This document shows, one piece after another, positions 40,827 through 49,940 of a stretch of 64,000 nt of DNA. Position 1 is the first letter of the stretch. Each line of letters starts with the position of its first letter. The position numbers and the translations under genes were made by a program. A model generated the notes under the pieces. That model had not been told where the DNA came from, searched no databases, and saw nothing but the letters and a program-made list of their open reading frames with translations. The DNA lies in the NCBI GenBank assembly GCA_903838415.1, contig CAILYI010000279.1, positions 11,270-75,269 of the forward strand. Direction: 5' to 3'. The DNA is from an uncultured Anaerolineae bacterium. GTDB lineage: Bacteria; Chloroflexota; Anaerolineae; Anaerolineales; Villigracilaceae.

Positions 40827-41336
40827 TCAGTCGGCGGGCGAGAACAGCAGCAATTCCGGGCCAGCCTCAACCAGGGTGACATTCTTTTCATAGCGCAGTC
40901 CCAGCTTTTTCAGCAGGTGAATCGAAGCCTGGTTATCGGATTGGGTCACGCCTACGATGCGAGTCAGCCCCAATTGACTTTTGCCATAAGCCAGCACCGC
41001 CGCAGCCGCTTCAAAGCCGTAGCCTTTTAGCCAGAACTGCGGCAGAAATGCGAAACCAATATCCACATCCTGCAAGACTGCCCGCTTGATCAGCCCGCAC
41101 ATTCCAATCGGAATCCCGCTGTCCTTCAACAGGATGGCATATAGGCCAAAGCCGAAGCGTTCGTAGCTGGCAATTGGGCCATTCAGAATATAGGCGCGCG
41201 CCTGCTCAAGGGTTCTGACGCCCCGATCGCCGATGAACTGAATAAACGAAGGCTGATTCAACAAATCAAGGATAAACCCGACATCATCCAGGCCGAGTTT
41301 ACGCAGGGCCAGGCGTTCTGTTTCTAGGATATTCAT
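40827..41336 (-). CDS. GNAT family N-acetyltransferase (RimJ/RimL-like)
   Basis: Contains 'TERLALRKL' and 'WLKGYGFEAAAAVLAYG...LTRIVGVTQSDNQASIHLLKKLG'. Confidence 0.85.
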   Translation of the reverse strand: MNILETERLALRKLGLDDVGFILDLLNQPSFIQFIGDRGVRTLEQARAYILNGPIASYERFGFGLYAILLKDSGIPIGMCGLIKRAVLQDVDIGFAFLPQFWLKGYGFEAAAAVLAYGKSQLGLTRIVGVTQSDNQASIHLLKKLGLRYEKNVTLVEAGPELLLFSPAD

Positions 41337-41381
41337 GGCATAAAACCTGTGGGGAATCTCGTAAAACCGGGCGTGACCGCT

Positions 41382-41888
41382 TTACAGAGGCTTGATCCCG
41401 GTAATCATCAGCCCATCATCGTGCAGCTGGGATACTTTTTCGGGGTTATTGGTCAGCAGGGTGATGGATTGAACCTGCAGTTCGCGCAAGATTTCTGCGG
41501 CGCGGATATAACTGCGCGCATCCGCCGAATAGCCCAGTTTCACGTAGGCTTCGCTTTGAGACACGCCCGCCTCCTTCAGTTTGCGGCTCAACAGCAGCGC
41601 CAGATGCCCATTGTTTTTCCCCTGCTGATCGAGCCAGATGATGACTCCCTGCCCCGCATCCTGAATGAGCCGCTGCGCCATTTCCATCTGCTCGCGGCAA
41701 TCGCATTCGATACTATTAAAAACGTGCCCGGAGATACATTGGGAATGCACCCGGCACAGCACATTCTCGCGGTTGGCGACCTCGCCCATCACCAGCGCGA
41801 TGATTTCCTTTTGTCCATCGTAATAAAGGATTTGCGTGAACGTGCCAAAGCGGGTTTCGAGCTTGCCATCGGCTAAACGGATAATCAT
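41382..41888 (-). CDS. GTP cyclohydrolase II (RibA)-like protein, divergent
   Basis: Zinc-Cys context 'RVHSQCISGHVFNSIECDCREQ' compared with canonical 'RVHSECLTGD..SLRCDCG'. 'LLTNNPEKV' is present. AAGGA SD precedes the ATG at 41888. Confidence 0.75.
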   Translation of the reverse strand: MIIRLADGKLETRFGTFTQILYYDGQKEIIALVMGEVANRENVLCRVHSQCISGHVFNSIECDCREQMEMAQRLIQDAGQGVIIWLDQQGKNNGHLALLLSRKLKEAGVSQSEAYVKLGYSADARSYIRAAEILRELQVQSITLLTNNPEKVSQLHDDGLMITGIKPL

Positions 41889-41978
41889 GGAAACGATCCT
41901 TCTGTGTGGATTTGACCTGTTACCTAGTTTGACTCCCCCCGAGTTTAACATAGTTATCAGACGGCTGTAAACCCGCAC

Positions 41979-42062
41979 CATTGAAGCATTATGGTCGGTC
42001 ATTGAAGCATTCTGACGCACCATTGAAGCATTATGGTCGATCTCCAAAGCCTTATGGTTCGT
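41979..42062. repeat. Four tandem 21-bp units (three near-identical, one degenerate)
   Basis: The units are cattgaagcattatggtcggt, cattgaagcattctgacgcac, cattgaagcattatggtcgat and ctccaaagccttatggttcgt. Confidence 0.85.
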
Positions 42063-42088
42063 CGTCCATTCCCCAACGCAAACCGAAA

Positions 42089-42634
42089 TCAGGCCTCCCC
42101 CAGCGCCAATTTATGCAACACATTGACCGTGTTCCAATTTCTGGTAGTGGCGGCGACCTTCAATTTTCTTTCGAAAAAATTGTTGGATAACTTCGTCTGA
42201 CCATAGCCGTTCGGGCAAAAAAGGAAGATTTCATTGTCGCCCACTAAAAACTCATCGCTGCTGTTTTCCGAGACAGCCAACACCCTCAGCGCCGACTCGG
42301 GTGGGGCGCTGTATAAAAAAGTGACGTGCAGTTTGGCCGGGTCCGTGTTTCTTTTCAAGAAGGGATTGCTGGCGATCACCCGCTCAAAATCCCTCGCGTC
42401 GCGTAGAAAAACCGCCACGGAAAAGCCAAAAGCCCGCTCGATGCCCGCTTCGATTGATTCGGCCAGCTTGACTGGGTTCTCCTCCGGGCTGTCGAAAACC
42501 ACATTGCCACTCTGCACATACGTCCTGACATTGACCGGTCCCAGCGACTCATACAAGCCCTTTAACTCACCCATCAGCATCCGTTTTTGCCCGCTGACAT
42601 TGATTCCGCGCAGCATTGAAATAAAAGTATCCAT
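42089..42634 (-). CDS. DUF1697 family protein
   Basis: 'MLRGINVSGQKRMLMGELK...VRTYVQSGNVVF' is the characteristic DUF1697 N-terminus. Confidence 0.8.
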   Translation of the reverse strand: MDTFISMLRGINVSGQKRMLMGELKGLYESLGPVNVRTYVQSGNVVFDSPEENPVKLAESIEAGIERAFGFSVAVFLRDARDFERVIASNPFLKRNTDPAKLHVTFLYSAPPESALRVLAVSENSSDEFLVGDNEIFLFCPNGYGQTKLSNNFFERKLKVAATTRNWNTVNVLHKLALGEA

Positions 42635-42726
42635 GCAAGCTCACCAAACGATCCCTTTCTCGAAACAGCGTTCACGGCCCGGTGTTCATCCGCATGTCTG
42701 ACCAGGCTGGTTGTGACCGGTTTATT

Positions 42727-43569
42727 TTATTTTTCCGCCTTTGCGACGATGGCAAACTCATTCTCATCAGCCTTGAATTCATCGCCCGCAACATTCGCCA
42801 GATACTGCTCAATTTGCAAGCCGCTTTCGGCGAATTCTTTGGTCAGGCTGTCTTTGTCATAATGCTGCAACCAGTTATAGATTTTCCGGGTGCGATTTCT
42901 TTCGATGATTGTATATTTGTCCAAAGTTACTTTAGCATCAGCGTATTTGAACGTGTTTTGAAACACGAAATTTTTTTCTGGAGACCAAAAATTATTTTCA
43001 GGGTTGGCGGTGTACGTGGCGCTTTCTTCTCTTTGATTGAAAGCATTGAACGAATGCACATCCAACAGGATGGACCCCTCAGGTTTCAGGCAAATCTTGA
43101 ACTTTTCCAATAATGCTTTTCTTTGTCCCGGGCTTAAAGCGCAAAAATCACAGAAGATCATCACGATCAAATCGTATTGGTTTACCGAATTGAACTCCAA
43201 GTAATTTTGATTGACATATTGGATGTTTAGTTTTTCATCCCTGGCCCTGTTCCTGGCATATTCAATGGAATTCCTTGAGAAATCAATCCCCGTAATGCTT
43301 GCATTGGCTTTTGCGAGTCGTTCCGTGTATAACCCCGGCCCACATCCAAAATCAATAACGGACTTGCCTTCACGAATCTCAAATTGAGAGATTATCCAAT
43401 CAACGGATTTGTTGATGAAAGAAAAATTTCTGCTTGATGCATCAATCTCGCCATTCAGATGATAGGAAAGCATTTGCCTTGAAATATATTCATCCACCCA
43501 TAACTCGTGCGCTGTATAAAACTCAAAAGGCTTGGGGCGAGAATTGATTTCTTCGAGTTGAACAAACAT
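42727..43569 (-). CDS. Class I SAM-dependent methyltransferase
   Basis: Motif I 'VIDFGCGPGLYT', motif II-like 'YDLIVMIF' and post-I 'GIDFS'. Confidence 0.85.
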   Translation of the reverse strand: MFVQLEEINSRPKPFEFYTAHELWVDEYISRQMLSYHLNGEIDASSRNFSFINKSVDWIISQFEIREGKSVIDFGCGPGLYTERLAKANASITGIDFSRNSIEYARNRARDEKLNIQYVNQNYLEFNSVNQYDLIVMIFCDFCALSPGQRKALLEKFKICLKPEGSILLDVHSFNAFNQREESATYTANPENNFWSPEKNFVFQNTFKYADAKVTLDKYTIIERNRTRKIYNWLQHYDKDSLTKEFAESGLQIEQYLANVAGDEFKADENEFAIVAKAEK

Positions 43570-43704
43570 TTACACATTCCTTAAGCGCCATGTCCAACGG
43601 CTGGGAGTGGCGCGTTTGTGGATAGCGCATATTCCATGTTTTACCGTTACAGTTGAAAAGTAATTAGCAGCGCTCGCATGATACGGATTTATTTCTCATC
43701 GAAA

Positions 43705-44295
43705 TTACCGATCATCCAATCCCTTTCCATTGAGAATTTGCGGTAACCATTTTTCAACCCTTGCCTCGCGGGTTTTGGATTGTTTGGGCGCAGAAAAATG
43801 AAGAATGTATGCTCTTTGCCGTCCCGGCGTCAGGGCATCAAAAGCGTCTTGTAGGCCGGGAACTTGCTCCAACCTGGAGATAAATTCTTCAGGAACGGTG
43901 AATTCTGTCGCCTTTTTAAAATCCACTTTTAAACCGGCTTTTTCCACTTCAATGGCTTCATCAAGATAGGCTTTCAAGATGGATTCCATTTCAACTATTT
44001 CTTTGAGATTGGTGAACCGAATCTGGCGACCTGCCTGCACGTTCTCCGTTTGTTGGATCAGGATGCCCTCGGCATCTTGTAACAAGGCACCCTTGATAAA
44101 CAGAATCGCACAGTATTCTTTAAATCCATGAATTAAGACGACGTTGCTTTTCTCGAACATGTAACAAGGAACGCCCCACTTTAATTCTTCAGTTAGCGGG
44201 CGGTCAAGAATGATCATTCTCAATTTCTTGAATTCTTCCTGCCACTTTTCGGCTTTATTAAAATACCAATCAACCTTGGGGTTTGTGCTATTCAT
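43705..44295 (-). CDS. YdeI/DUF1801-family protein
   Basis: 'KVDWYFNKAEKWQEEFKKLRMIIL...ELKWGVPCY' and C-terminal 'TPGRQRAYILHFSAPKQSKTREARVEK'. Confidence 0.75.
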   Translation of the reverse strand: MNSTNPKVDWYFNKAEKWQEEFKKLRMIILDRPLTEELKWGVPCYMFEKSNVVLIHGFKEYCAILFIKGALLQDAEGILIQQTENVQAGRQIRFTNLKEIVEMESILKAYLDEAIEVEKAGLKVDFKKATEFTVPEEFISRLEQVPGLQDAFDALTPGRQRAYILHFSAPKQSKTREARVEKWLPQILNGKGLDDR

Positions 44296-44390
44296 TTGTT
44301 GCTACTCCTTTATGTGGTGTCCGGGGAATATTTTCTCCATGCCACCAGCGATAAATTCCTGGCGAATGCCGCCAGACGCTTTCTTGGCCG

Positions 44391-45125
44391 CTATGCCTTA
44401 ATCCGATACCAGTATTGATACTGCTCCTGAAAACCAATTTTTGCATAAAGATGGAGCGCAGGCGCATTATCAAGCATTACTTGTAAATAAGCCTGCCTGG
44501 CCTGGTTTTGTTTGCCCCAAGCTAGGATGCGCTTTACGATTTGTTGTCCGTAACCGCGACCACGGAAATCCTGAGCGGTGACAATATCAAACAAACCAAT
44601 ATAACCAGATTGTAGCACTCCCAGCCCGCAGGCAACAACTTTGCTATCGGATTTGAGAGATACAAAACAGTGGCGAGGAACAATGTTGAGTAGGATTTCT
44701 CGCAAGGTTTTGCCATTTCGTTCAGAAACCGCGCTCATGGCACAAAAACTTTTCAGCCATTCAGCGGATAAATTTTCTTGCAGCGCTGTTTCTGACAGTG
44801 CGCGCAAATCCACGCTTTCCAAATCTACGGTTTGGACGCTGGTCTGGGAGTTTTTTTGATAACCGCTTTGCTGCAGCCTGTCATCCAGATCGCCTGGATG
44901 ACAGGCTGGGGTCATTTTGAAGACTACCGGTAGATTCTTCTGTTGATAAAGACTTTCGCAGAAACGAAGGTTCTCATCAATGTTTACGTTTGAAGGATAT
45001 AGCGGATTGATGGAATTCGCCCGTTTGGTGTATCCATTGGCGAAACGGATAATCCAGCCATCATAGACTACTGTTTGCAGCGCTGCCCACGCATTCAAGG
45101 AGAGTTCTTCAATCGTGGGGATCAT
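44391..45125 (-). CDS. GNAT family N-acetyltransferase (two-lobed, ~244 aa)
   Basis: N-terminal 'LNAWAALQTVVYDGWIIRFANGYTKRANS' and the acetyl-CoA motif 'FRGRGYGQQIVKRIL'. Confidence 0.8.
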   Translation of the reverse strand: MIPTIEELSLNAWAALQTVVYDGWIIRFANGYTKRANSINPLYPSNVNIDENLRFCESLYQQKNLPVVFKMTPACHPGDLDDRLQQSGYQKNSQTSVQTVDLESVDLRALSETALQENLSAEWLKSFCAMSAVSERNGKTLREILLNIVPRHCFVSLKSDSKVVACGLGVLQSGYIGLFDIVTAQDFRGRGYGQQIVKRILAWGKQNQARQAYLQVMLDNAPALHLYAKIGFQEQYQYWYRIKA

Positions 45126-45273
45126 TTTGCTCCGAGAAGGGAAATAGTTTGTGGCGGATGGGGATTCTTTTTCGAGCCGGGAAAACTCGTAGCGCGGAAA
45201 ATGTTTGACTTCCCCTGGGGCGTGGCGACGAATCCCACATGTTTATTGCGCGATTTGTTCGCCCGCTTTTGGA

Positions 45274-45894
45274 TCACAAGATGCTTTTCTCTGTTGCAGG
45301 ACGATACGGTTCTTCTTTGACCAAATGCCCGTACAAAATCTTAATCATCAGAGCTGGAGCAAACCATTCAAATCCTTGAACAGGAGAAATAACATAGATG
45401 TTCAATAATAACGCTAAGGATATGGCCAGGAATGCTACGGGTCTTTTGAGATATAGCGGAGTACTTATGATGATTATCGTGCCTGCCAGTAGAAAGGCGT
45501 ACCAAAAAATTCCATAAAAATAACCTGGTGCCCCGAAAAGGATTGCAATTAGTAAAGTGTGAACGTGCAAAGCAGAAAAGGCGAAATGATTTTTGAAGAA
45601 AGCAGTGTATTGTGGCTCATCAGGTTTTACCGCTGTATGATAGAACCGCTTGCAAGAATTGAGACTATTGGCAACGATGCCGCCAATAACGTCGAAGGCA
45701 AGAAATCCCGCCAAAATATATTGCCACCAAGCCCAATTTAGCGCATGTGTCAGATACAAATATCCATAAAGGCTTGCGCCTACCAAACTTGCAACCCAAC
45801 CCAAAACCTGTTCTGCATTCGTTGCGCCAGTACCCAGTAAAAAATCTGCTTCTCCGCTGTAATTCCAATTAATATTGACCTTGTCGTCGGGCAT
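45274..45894 (-). CDS. Hypothetical polytopic membrane protein (~206 aa)
   Basis: GGAGA lies 5 nt before the ATG at 45894. About 6 hydrophobic helices. The longer TTG-initiated ORF reaching 46011 adds an implausible Cys/Pro-rich leader. Confidence 0.6.
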   Translation of the reverse strand: MPDDKVNINWNYSGEADFLLGTGATNAEQVLGWVASLVGASLYGYLYLTHALNWAWWQYILAGFLAFDVIGGIVANSLNSCKRFYHTAVKPDEPQYTAFFKNHFAFSALHVHTLLIAILFGAPGYFYGIFWYAFLLAGTIIIISTPLYLKRPVAFLAISLALLLNIYVISPVQGFEWFAPALMIKILYGHLVKEEPYRPATEKSIL

Positions 45895-46007
45895 GAGTTT
45901 CTCCGTAAGAAAGGTTAGCGCGTAATAAATATTACAGCTTGTCCGCTGTACTGCAGTCCATGTTGCAGGGGCAGGGCATAAGGATGAGGATGGCAGACAG
46001 GCAATTC

Positions 46008-47024
46008 TCAAGCATTTGCTTCGGCGACCGCCTCTTCAACGATGGTACTCATTGTCTGGAGGTAACGCGCATATGTAAATTCCTTCACGGTTTCCTGCGC
46101 AAGTTGTTCCATTTTATTTACTGCATCCCGGTTAGCGGAGTCATATACCCATTCAATACCTTCAACAAATCCCTGTTGCGTGCCGTCTGTAATAATTCCA
46201 TTAATGTAATTTTGGATATAGTCTGTTACACCAAGCACGTCTTTCCCATTTACTATGCTGATTTTTCCCATCCGCATAGCGTTAAGGTAAGTTTGTTGAC
46301 CTGACGACTTTGTTCTTCCGGAAACAAGAGGTGTTATTACCATGTCAGCTTCACGCATCAGCCGAATAAATTCAGGGTGTGAAACCTGGACTACCTTGAC
46401 ATTCGCAGGAATATCTTTATGCCCATTCAGCACACGTGTAGCGATAATAAACTGCCGGTGTGGGAGTTGGCGGGCGGTCTCCAGCAGTAAATCATAATCT
46501 CTCGAGGGATTTCCTCCCGCAAAGATATACCCTTTGGTGGCCATTGCCCCAGCATTGATTTCATCATCAGTAAACGTATAGTTATAAATACATACCTTTA
46601 CTTTTTCAGGTGCAATGCCCCATAGTTGAGCGAAAATCTTTTCTTCCCCCAGGGAATGGACTGCATAACGCTGAATGGATCGATCTGCCAGCTGGATCAG
46701 TGTTTTTTGAAAGAGATATTTTAAGGTTCCCCCTTTATGCCACATATCATCTGCCATTACAACAGCAGGGCGCTTCGGAAAAAAACGCATAAAAATACAA
46801 GCCAGTAAATCCGGATGGATTTTCCCGCTGACACTATCCAAGACCATTACGTCACAATGGCGTGCCCATTTCAACAGTGTCCACAATCGCCTGATTGAAC
46901 CGAAAAGTTCTCCCTTAAGACCACCTGCAGAAGCAAATTGCGAAAAAGCGAGATACGGTACCAATCCGGAGCGCAAGGGAGGTAAATCAAGATCTACTGT
47001 AACAATATATTTGGGATGTTCCAT
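46008..47024 (-). CDS. Glycosyltransferase (GT-B fold, GT4-like)
   Basis: C-terminal Rossmann segment 'FAGGNPSRDYDLLLETA...ADMVITPL...QQTYLNAMRMGKISIV...NGIIT'. Confidence 0.78.
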   Translation of the reverse strand: MEHPKYIVTVDLDLPPLRSGLVPYLAFSQFASAGGLKGELFGSIRRLWTLLKWARHCDVMVLDSVSGKIHPDLLACIFMRFFPKRPAVVMADDMWHKGGTLKYLFQKTLIQLADRSIQRYAVHSLGEEKIFAQLWGIAPEKVKVCIYNYTFTDDEINAGAMATKGYIFAGGNPSRDYDLLLETARQLPHRQFIIATRVLNGHKDIPANVKVVQVSHPEFIRLMREADMVITPLVSGRTKSSGQQTYLNAMRMGKISIVNGKDVLGVTDYIQNYINGIITDGTQQGFVEGIEWVYDSANRDAVNKMEQLAQETVKEFTYARYLQTMSTIVEEAVAEANA

Positions 47025-47119
47025 TCTTATTCCTTCTATTCACTCGCATAAAAATGAATTCCTGCCATTTAGCTGCCAACGGATTGCCGTCAGCAGCGTG
47101 GCGGCGTTTGCGCCTTTGT

Positions 47120-48157
47120 TTACGGGGGTGGGATTGTCACGTTATTACTCACGGTTGCTCGCGGGACATTCACGAGCGGGGCGGGCACATCGATAAATCT
47201 GTTATCTCTGATAACCACATCCGTGAGGGAGACGGGTGTTTCCACATATACATTTATTCCCTGGCATTTTTCAATCATACCCCGCTCAATCAAAATATTT
47301 TTTAGTGGCAATTGCGCTTTTGATGTTTCCATTCCAAATCCAACCCCCTTCTGCCCTCCGCCTGTGCGGTAAAAGTTTGGATTGATACAACCCGCATAAT
47401 AACCTGAGAGGGTTATATTCTTCGATCCGTCAATGTAAACGTTTCTGCTCCAATTGTCATGAGTGTTTATATTGATCATGGTTACGTTGGATGAGTTCAG
47501 AACGCCCAACCCTTCGCCGCAATTATTATAAATGTGCATATTCGTAAGGGTTACATTGGAGGCCCAATCAATGGAAAGTCCCCGCCCCCATGTCTCCGCA
47601 TCAATGCACTTCTCGCCTGCACGATTCTGCCAGACTCCATCATGCACGGTTACATTATCCATAGCCAGGTTGTTCACTTTTGCGGATACCTTGGTTCGGG
47701 CAGTAAAGGCATAACCGCCACTAACATCCAGGTTTCTAATTTGAATGTTGCTTGCGTCAATGAGAAGGGCTTCATTGACTGATGTTTGCGGCGCGGCGAT
47801 ACTTCCTCCGTCAATAACAATTCCTGTCTTGGTGATTGTCACCTTGTCGGGATATATACCGGCAAAGTGGATTACATCACCTGTAATAAATATGTCTTGC
47901 GCCCGTTCATAAGTCTTGCACGGTGCAGAAAGACTGCAATTTGCGGCATCATTGCCTGTTGCATTGTTAACATACAGGCCGTTTAAGGGTTGAAGTTCTT
48001 CTACCGCTAGAGTACCAGTAACTGATGTTTGCACTTTGTTTGGGCCCAATGTTGGGATTGCCTCATTTGAAGGAGCTCCACAAGCCTGAGTTACAAAAAG
48101 TAAGATAGCCAGTGCAAAAGCAGGGTTCCATTTTTGTGAATAGTGCTTGATTTTCAA
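47120..48157 (-). CDS. Right-handed parallel beta-helix repeat lipoprotein (pectate-lyase-fold)
   Basis: 'LLFVTQAC' lipobox and 'NATGNDAANCSLSAPCKT' (DUF1565-like). Repeated 'N.T...(I/V).N' rungs. Confidence 0.78.
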   Translation of the reverse strand: MKIKHYSQKWNPAFALAILLFVTQACGAPSNEAIPTLGPNKVQTSVTGTLAVEELQPLNGLYVNNATGNDAANCSLSAPCKTYERAQDIFITGDVIHFAGIYPDKVTITKTGIVIDGGSIAAPQTSVNEALLIDASNIQIRNLDVSGGYAFTARTKVSAKVNNLAMDNVTVHDGVWQNRAGEKCIDAETWGRGLSIDWASNVTLTNMHIYNNCGEGLGVLNSSNVTMININTHDNWSRNVYIDGSKNITLSGYYAGCINPNFYRTGGGQKGVGFGMETSKAQLPLKNILIERGMIEKCQGINVYVETPVSLTDVVIRDNRFIDVPAPLVNVPRATVSNNVTIPPP

Positions 48158-48210
48158 GGTGAATTCCCTTATGTCTTTAGATTTTCGAAACAGTTCTCAT
48201 TTGAAGCGGG

Positions 48211-48837
48211 CTAACGGATTAAGAATTGATTCGGCAGGATGGGCAACTGGGGAGAGTCTATCACTCTCTCTCTATAGGGCGCTTTGATTATACTTTCTAC
48301 CACCCCGATTAACTCTCTGTCGGACATCTTTTTGACCTTGTCATTGCTGAAAGGAGCATGTATCAAGACTTCCAGTTCTGTATCAGGATCCATATACAGT
48401 CTGTTCGCAGGTTTCAGTTTATAGAATCCGTTGAGGGTAATAGGCAATAAATCCAGGGTGCTGTGCCTTAGGATGTACACAAATCCATGCTTGAATGGGT
48501 GGATTTGCCCATCGGGCGAACGCTGTCCCTCAGGAAAAATAATAACGTTTCCCAATGGATCACCTTCAAGGGCTTTATCCTGTGCCTGTTTGGTTTTTTG
48601 GGGGTCTTTCTTGTCCACAAACACGACCCCATTTTGTTTCTGGAAATGTCCCAGCACCGGTATGCGCGATATGAATGCCGCAGCCACAATGGCAGCTTCT
48701 GGAAACAAGCCCATCAGGATAAAAGAGCTATAGAAACACGGGTAATTGGAGATGATCAGGTAGCGCTTGTGTTGCTCTATTTGCCGGAGACCGGAAACGG
48801 AGAATTTTTTGCCGACAATTCGAAACAGAATCGTCAT
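48211..48837 (-). CDS. Lysophospholipid acyltransferase (PlsC/LPLAT)-like protein with a degenerate HX4D motif
   Basis: Block III 'IFPEGQRSPDG' is present. The block I position reads 'ISNYPCFYSS' instead of NHxSxxD. An upstream TM-encoding ORF (48728-48976) lies in another frame. Confidence 0.6.
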   Translation of the reverse strand: MTILFRIVGKKFSVSGLRQIEQHKRYLIISNYPCFYSSFILMGLFPEAAIVAAAFISRIPVLGHFQKQNGVVFVDKKDPQKTKQAQDKALEGDPLGNVIIFPEGQRSPDGQIHPFKHGFVYILRHSTLDLLPITLNGFYKLKPANRLYMDPDTELEVLIHAPFSNDKVKKMSDRELIGVVESIIKAPYRERVIDSPQLPILPNQFLIR

Positions 48838-49020
48838 GAAATATGGTTTTAATTGCCAGACGGATGCAGGTTAATACCCCAAGTACAAGCCCAATTGGAA
48901 GAGCGAAAAAAACTAAAAGGTGCGATACCACATACATTGACACGGTCGAGAGAACAATCCGTAAAAAGCGTTTCATCTCTTGTTCTTCAGCATGCCTTTT
49001 TACTCGACGCGCAGTCCAGC

Positions 49021-49049
49021 GGCAGGCGGCCTGCCCCGCACGCTCTTTG
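49021..49049. repeat. Direct repeat copy A flanking the toxin-antitoxin pair
   Basis: GGCAGGCGGCCTGCCCCGCACGcTCTTTG. 28 of 29 positions are identical to the copy at 49803-49831. Confidence 0.85.
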
Positions 49050-49083
49050 CGGGGATACCGGCAAGCACGGGATTTGGCCAGTT

Positions 49084-49467
49084 TTAAGGTTGCGAAGAAA
49101 CTATATTGTCGAGAGAAACTTGCAGAACTTGGGCAATGGCTGATAAAACATCAAGTGAGCCTTTGCGCTTACTGGTTTCCAACTGTGACAAATATGGAAC
49201 GCTAATCCCCGCTTTTTTGGCGGTCTCTGGCTGTGACATGCCGCGATACTCACGCCAGACTTTTATTGGGTTTTCGCCATCGAGAATGGCATAAATTACT
49301 TTGCTAGGAACTAATTCATCATCGCCGCGTTCTAAAGCCGCCTTTGCGCTGTCATAATCTTGGACGTCTTGCAACATTTCGGCTTTTTCGACGAGTTCCA
49401 AATAGATTTTATAAGGAATGACTGCCCATTCTGGCTGATCACCTTGTTTGATTACCTGTACGCTCAT
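49084..49467 (-). CDS. Type II antitoxin with a C-terminal Xre-type HTH domain
   Basis: 'IKVWREYRGMSQPETAKKAGISVPYLSQLETSKR' is an HTH_XRE segment. The gene overlaps the toxin gene by 4 nt. Confidence 0.8.
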   Translation of the reverse strand: MSVQVIKQGDQPEWAVIPYKIYLELVEKAEMLQDVQDYDSAKAALERGDDELVPSKVIYAILDGENPIKVWREYRGMSQPETAKKAGISVPYLSQLETSKRKGSLDVLSAIAQVLQVSLDNIVSSQP

Positions 49468-49721
49468 TTGTACACCTCGGCCCTGGGGGCAATTTTCATA
49501 ACAATAATTATCACCTGGTCTTTGTGGATTTCATAAATCACCCGCCAATCGCCAACCCACAACCGATAACCTGACCTACCTTGCAGTTTTTTGGCGTTTG
49601 AGATTGATGCAAATGGGTCAACGGCGACTTGCTCCATCTTTTCCCGAATCAACTGGGCAGTATTTCGGGGCATTTTGAGCAGGGTTTTCGCGGCTTGGGT
49701 GGTGTAGGTGATTTTGTACAC
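49464..49721 (-). CDS. Type II toxin, RelE/ParE family
   Basis: 85 aa. 'GYRLWVGDWRVIYEIHKDQVIIIVMKIAPRAEVY' is a typical RelE/ParE C-terminus. Confidence 0.82.
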   Translation of the reverse strand: MYKITYTTQAAKTLLKMPRNTAQLIREKMEQVAVDPFASISNAKKLQGRSGYRLWVGDWRVIYEIHKDQVIIIVMKIAPRAEVYK

Positions 49722-49802
49722 GCCCCTATATTAGCATAATGCTAATGATATTTCAATAGTTATTTGCTTATTGTGCCAAGGACGGGCGCAACGGCAGGCG
49801 GC

Positions 49803-49831
49803 CTGCCCCGCACGTTCTTTGGCGGATAAAA
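49803..49831. repeat. Direct repeat copy B flanking the toxin-antitoxin pair
   Basis: GGCAGGCGGCCTGCCCCGCACGtTCTTTG. Confidence 0.85.
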
Positions 49832-49940
49832 TCACCAGATGCCGAATTCGCCGCACGCCCCGTTGACGAAAAAACAGAACCACCGTTCAACCCAATTTTA
49901 CGGAACCATTGCGGCTGCTTTGATAATTTGACCGGAGCTG

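Noticed and set aside
41889-42088. FMN riboswitch or other leader upstream of the RibA-like gene
   Set aside because: No FMN-aptamer consensus segments are recognisable. The region is dominated by the 21-bp tandem repeat.
45895-46011. Longer TTG-initiated start (46011) for the membrane-protein gene, overlapping the glycosyltransferase stop
   Set aside because: The extra 39 residues are Cys/Pro/Ser-rich and non-membrane-like. A GGAGA SD with 5-nt spacing supports the ATG at 45894.
42635-49831. Integron cassette array: uniform gene orientation, a TA cassette, and CCAACGG...GGCG.GTTTG-like motifs at ~43590 and ~47070
   Set aside because: I could not fold convincing attC sites, meaning paired R''/R' cores with an extrahelical-base architecture. 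The motifs recur at only two junctions. No intI or attI is present in the window. The idea is left as a check under the TA-repeat finding.
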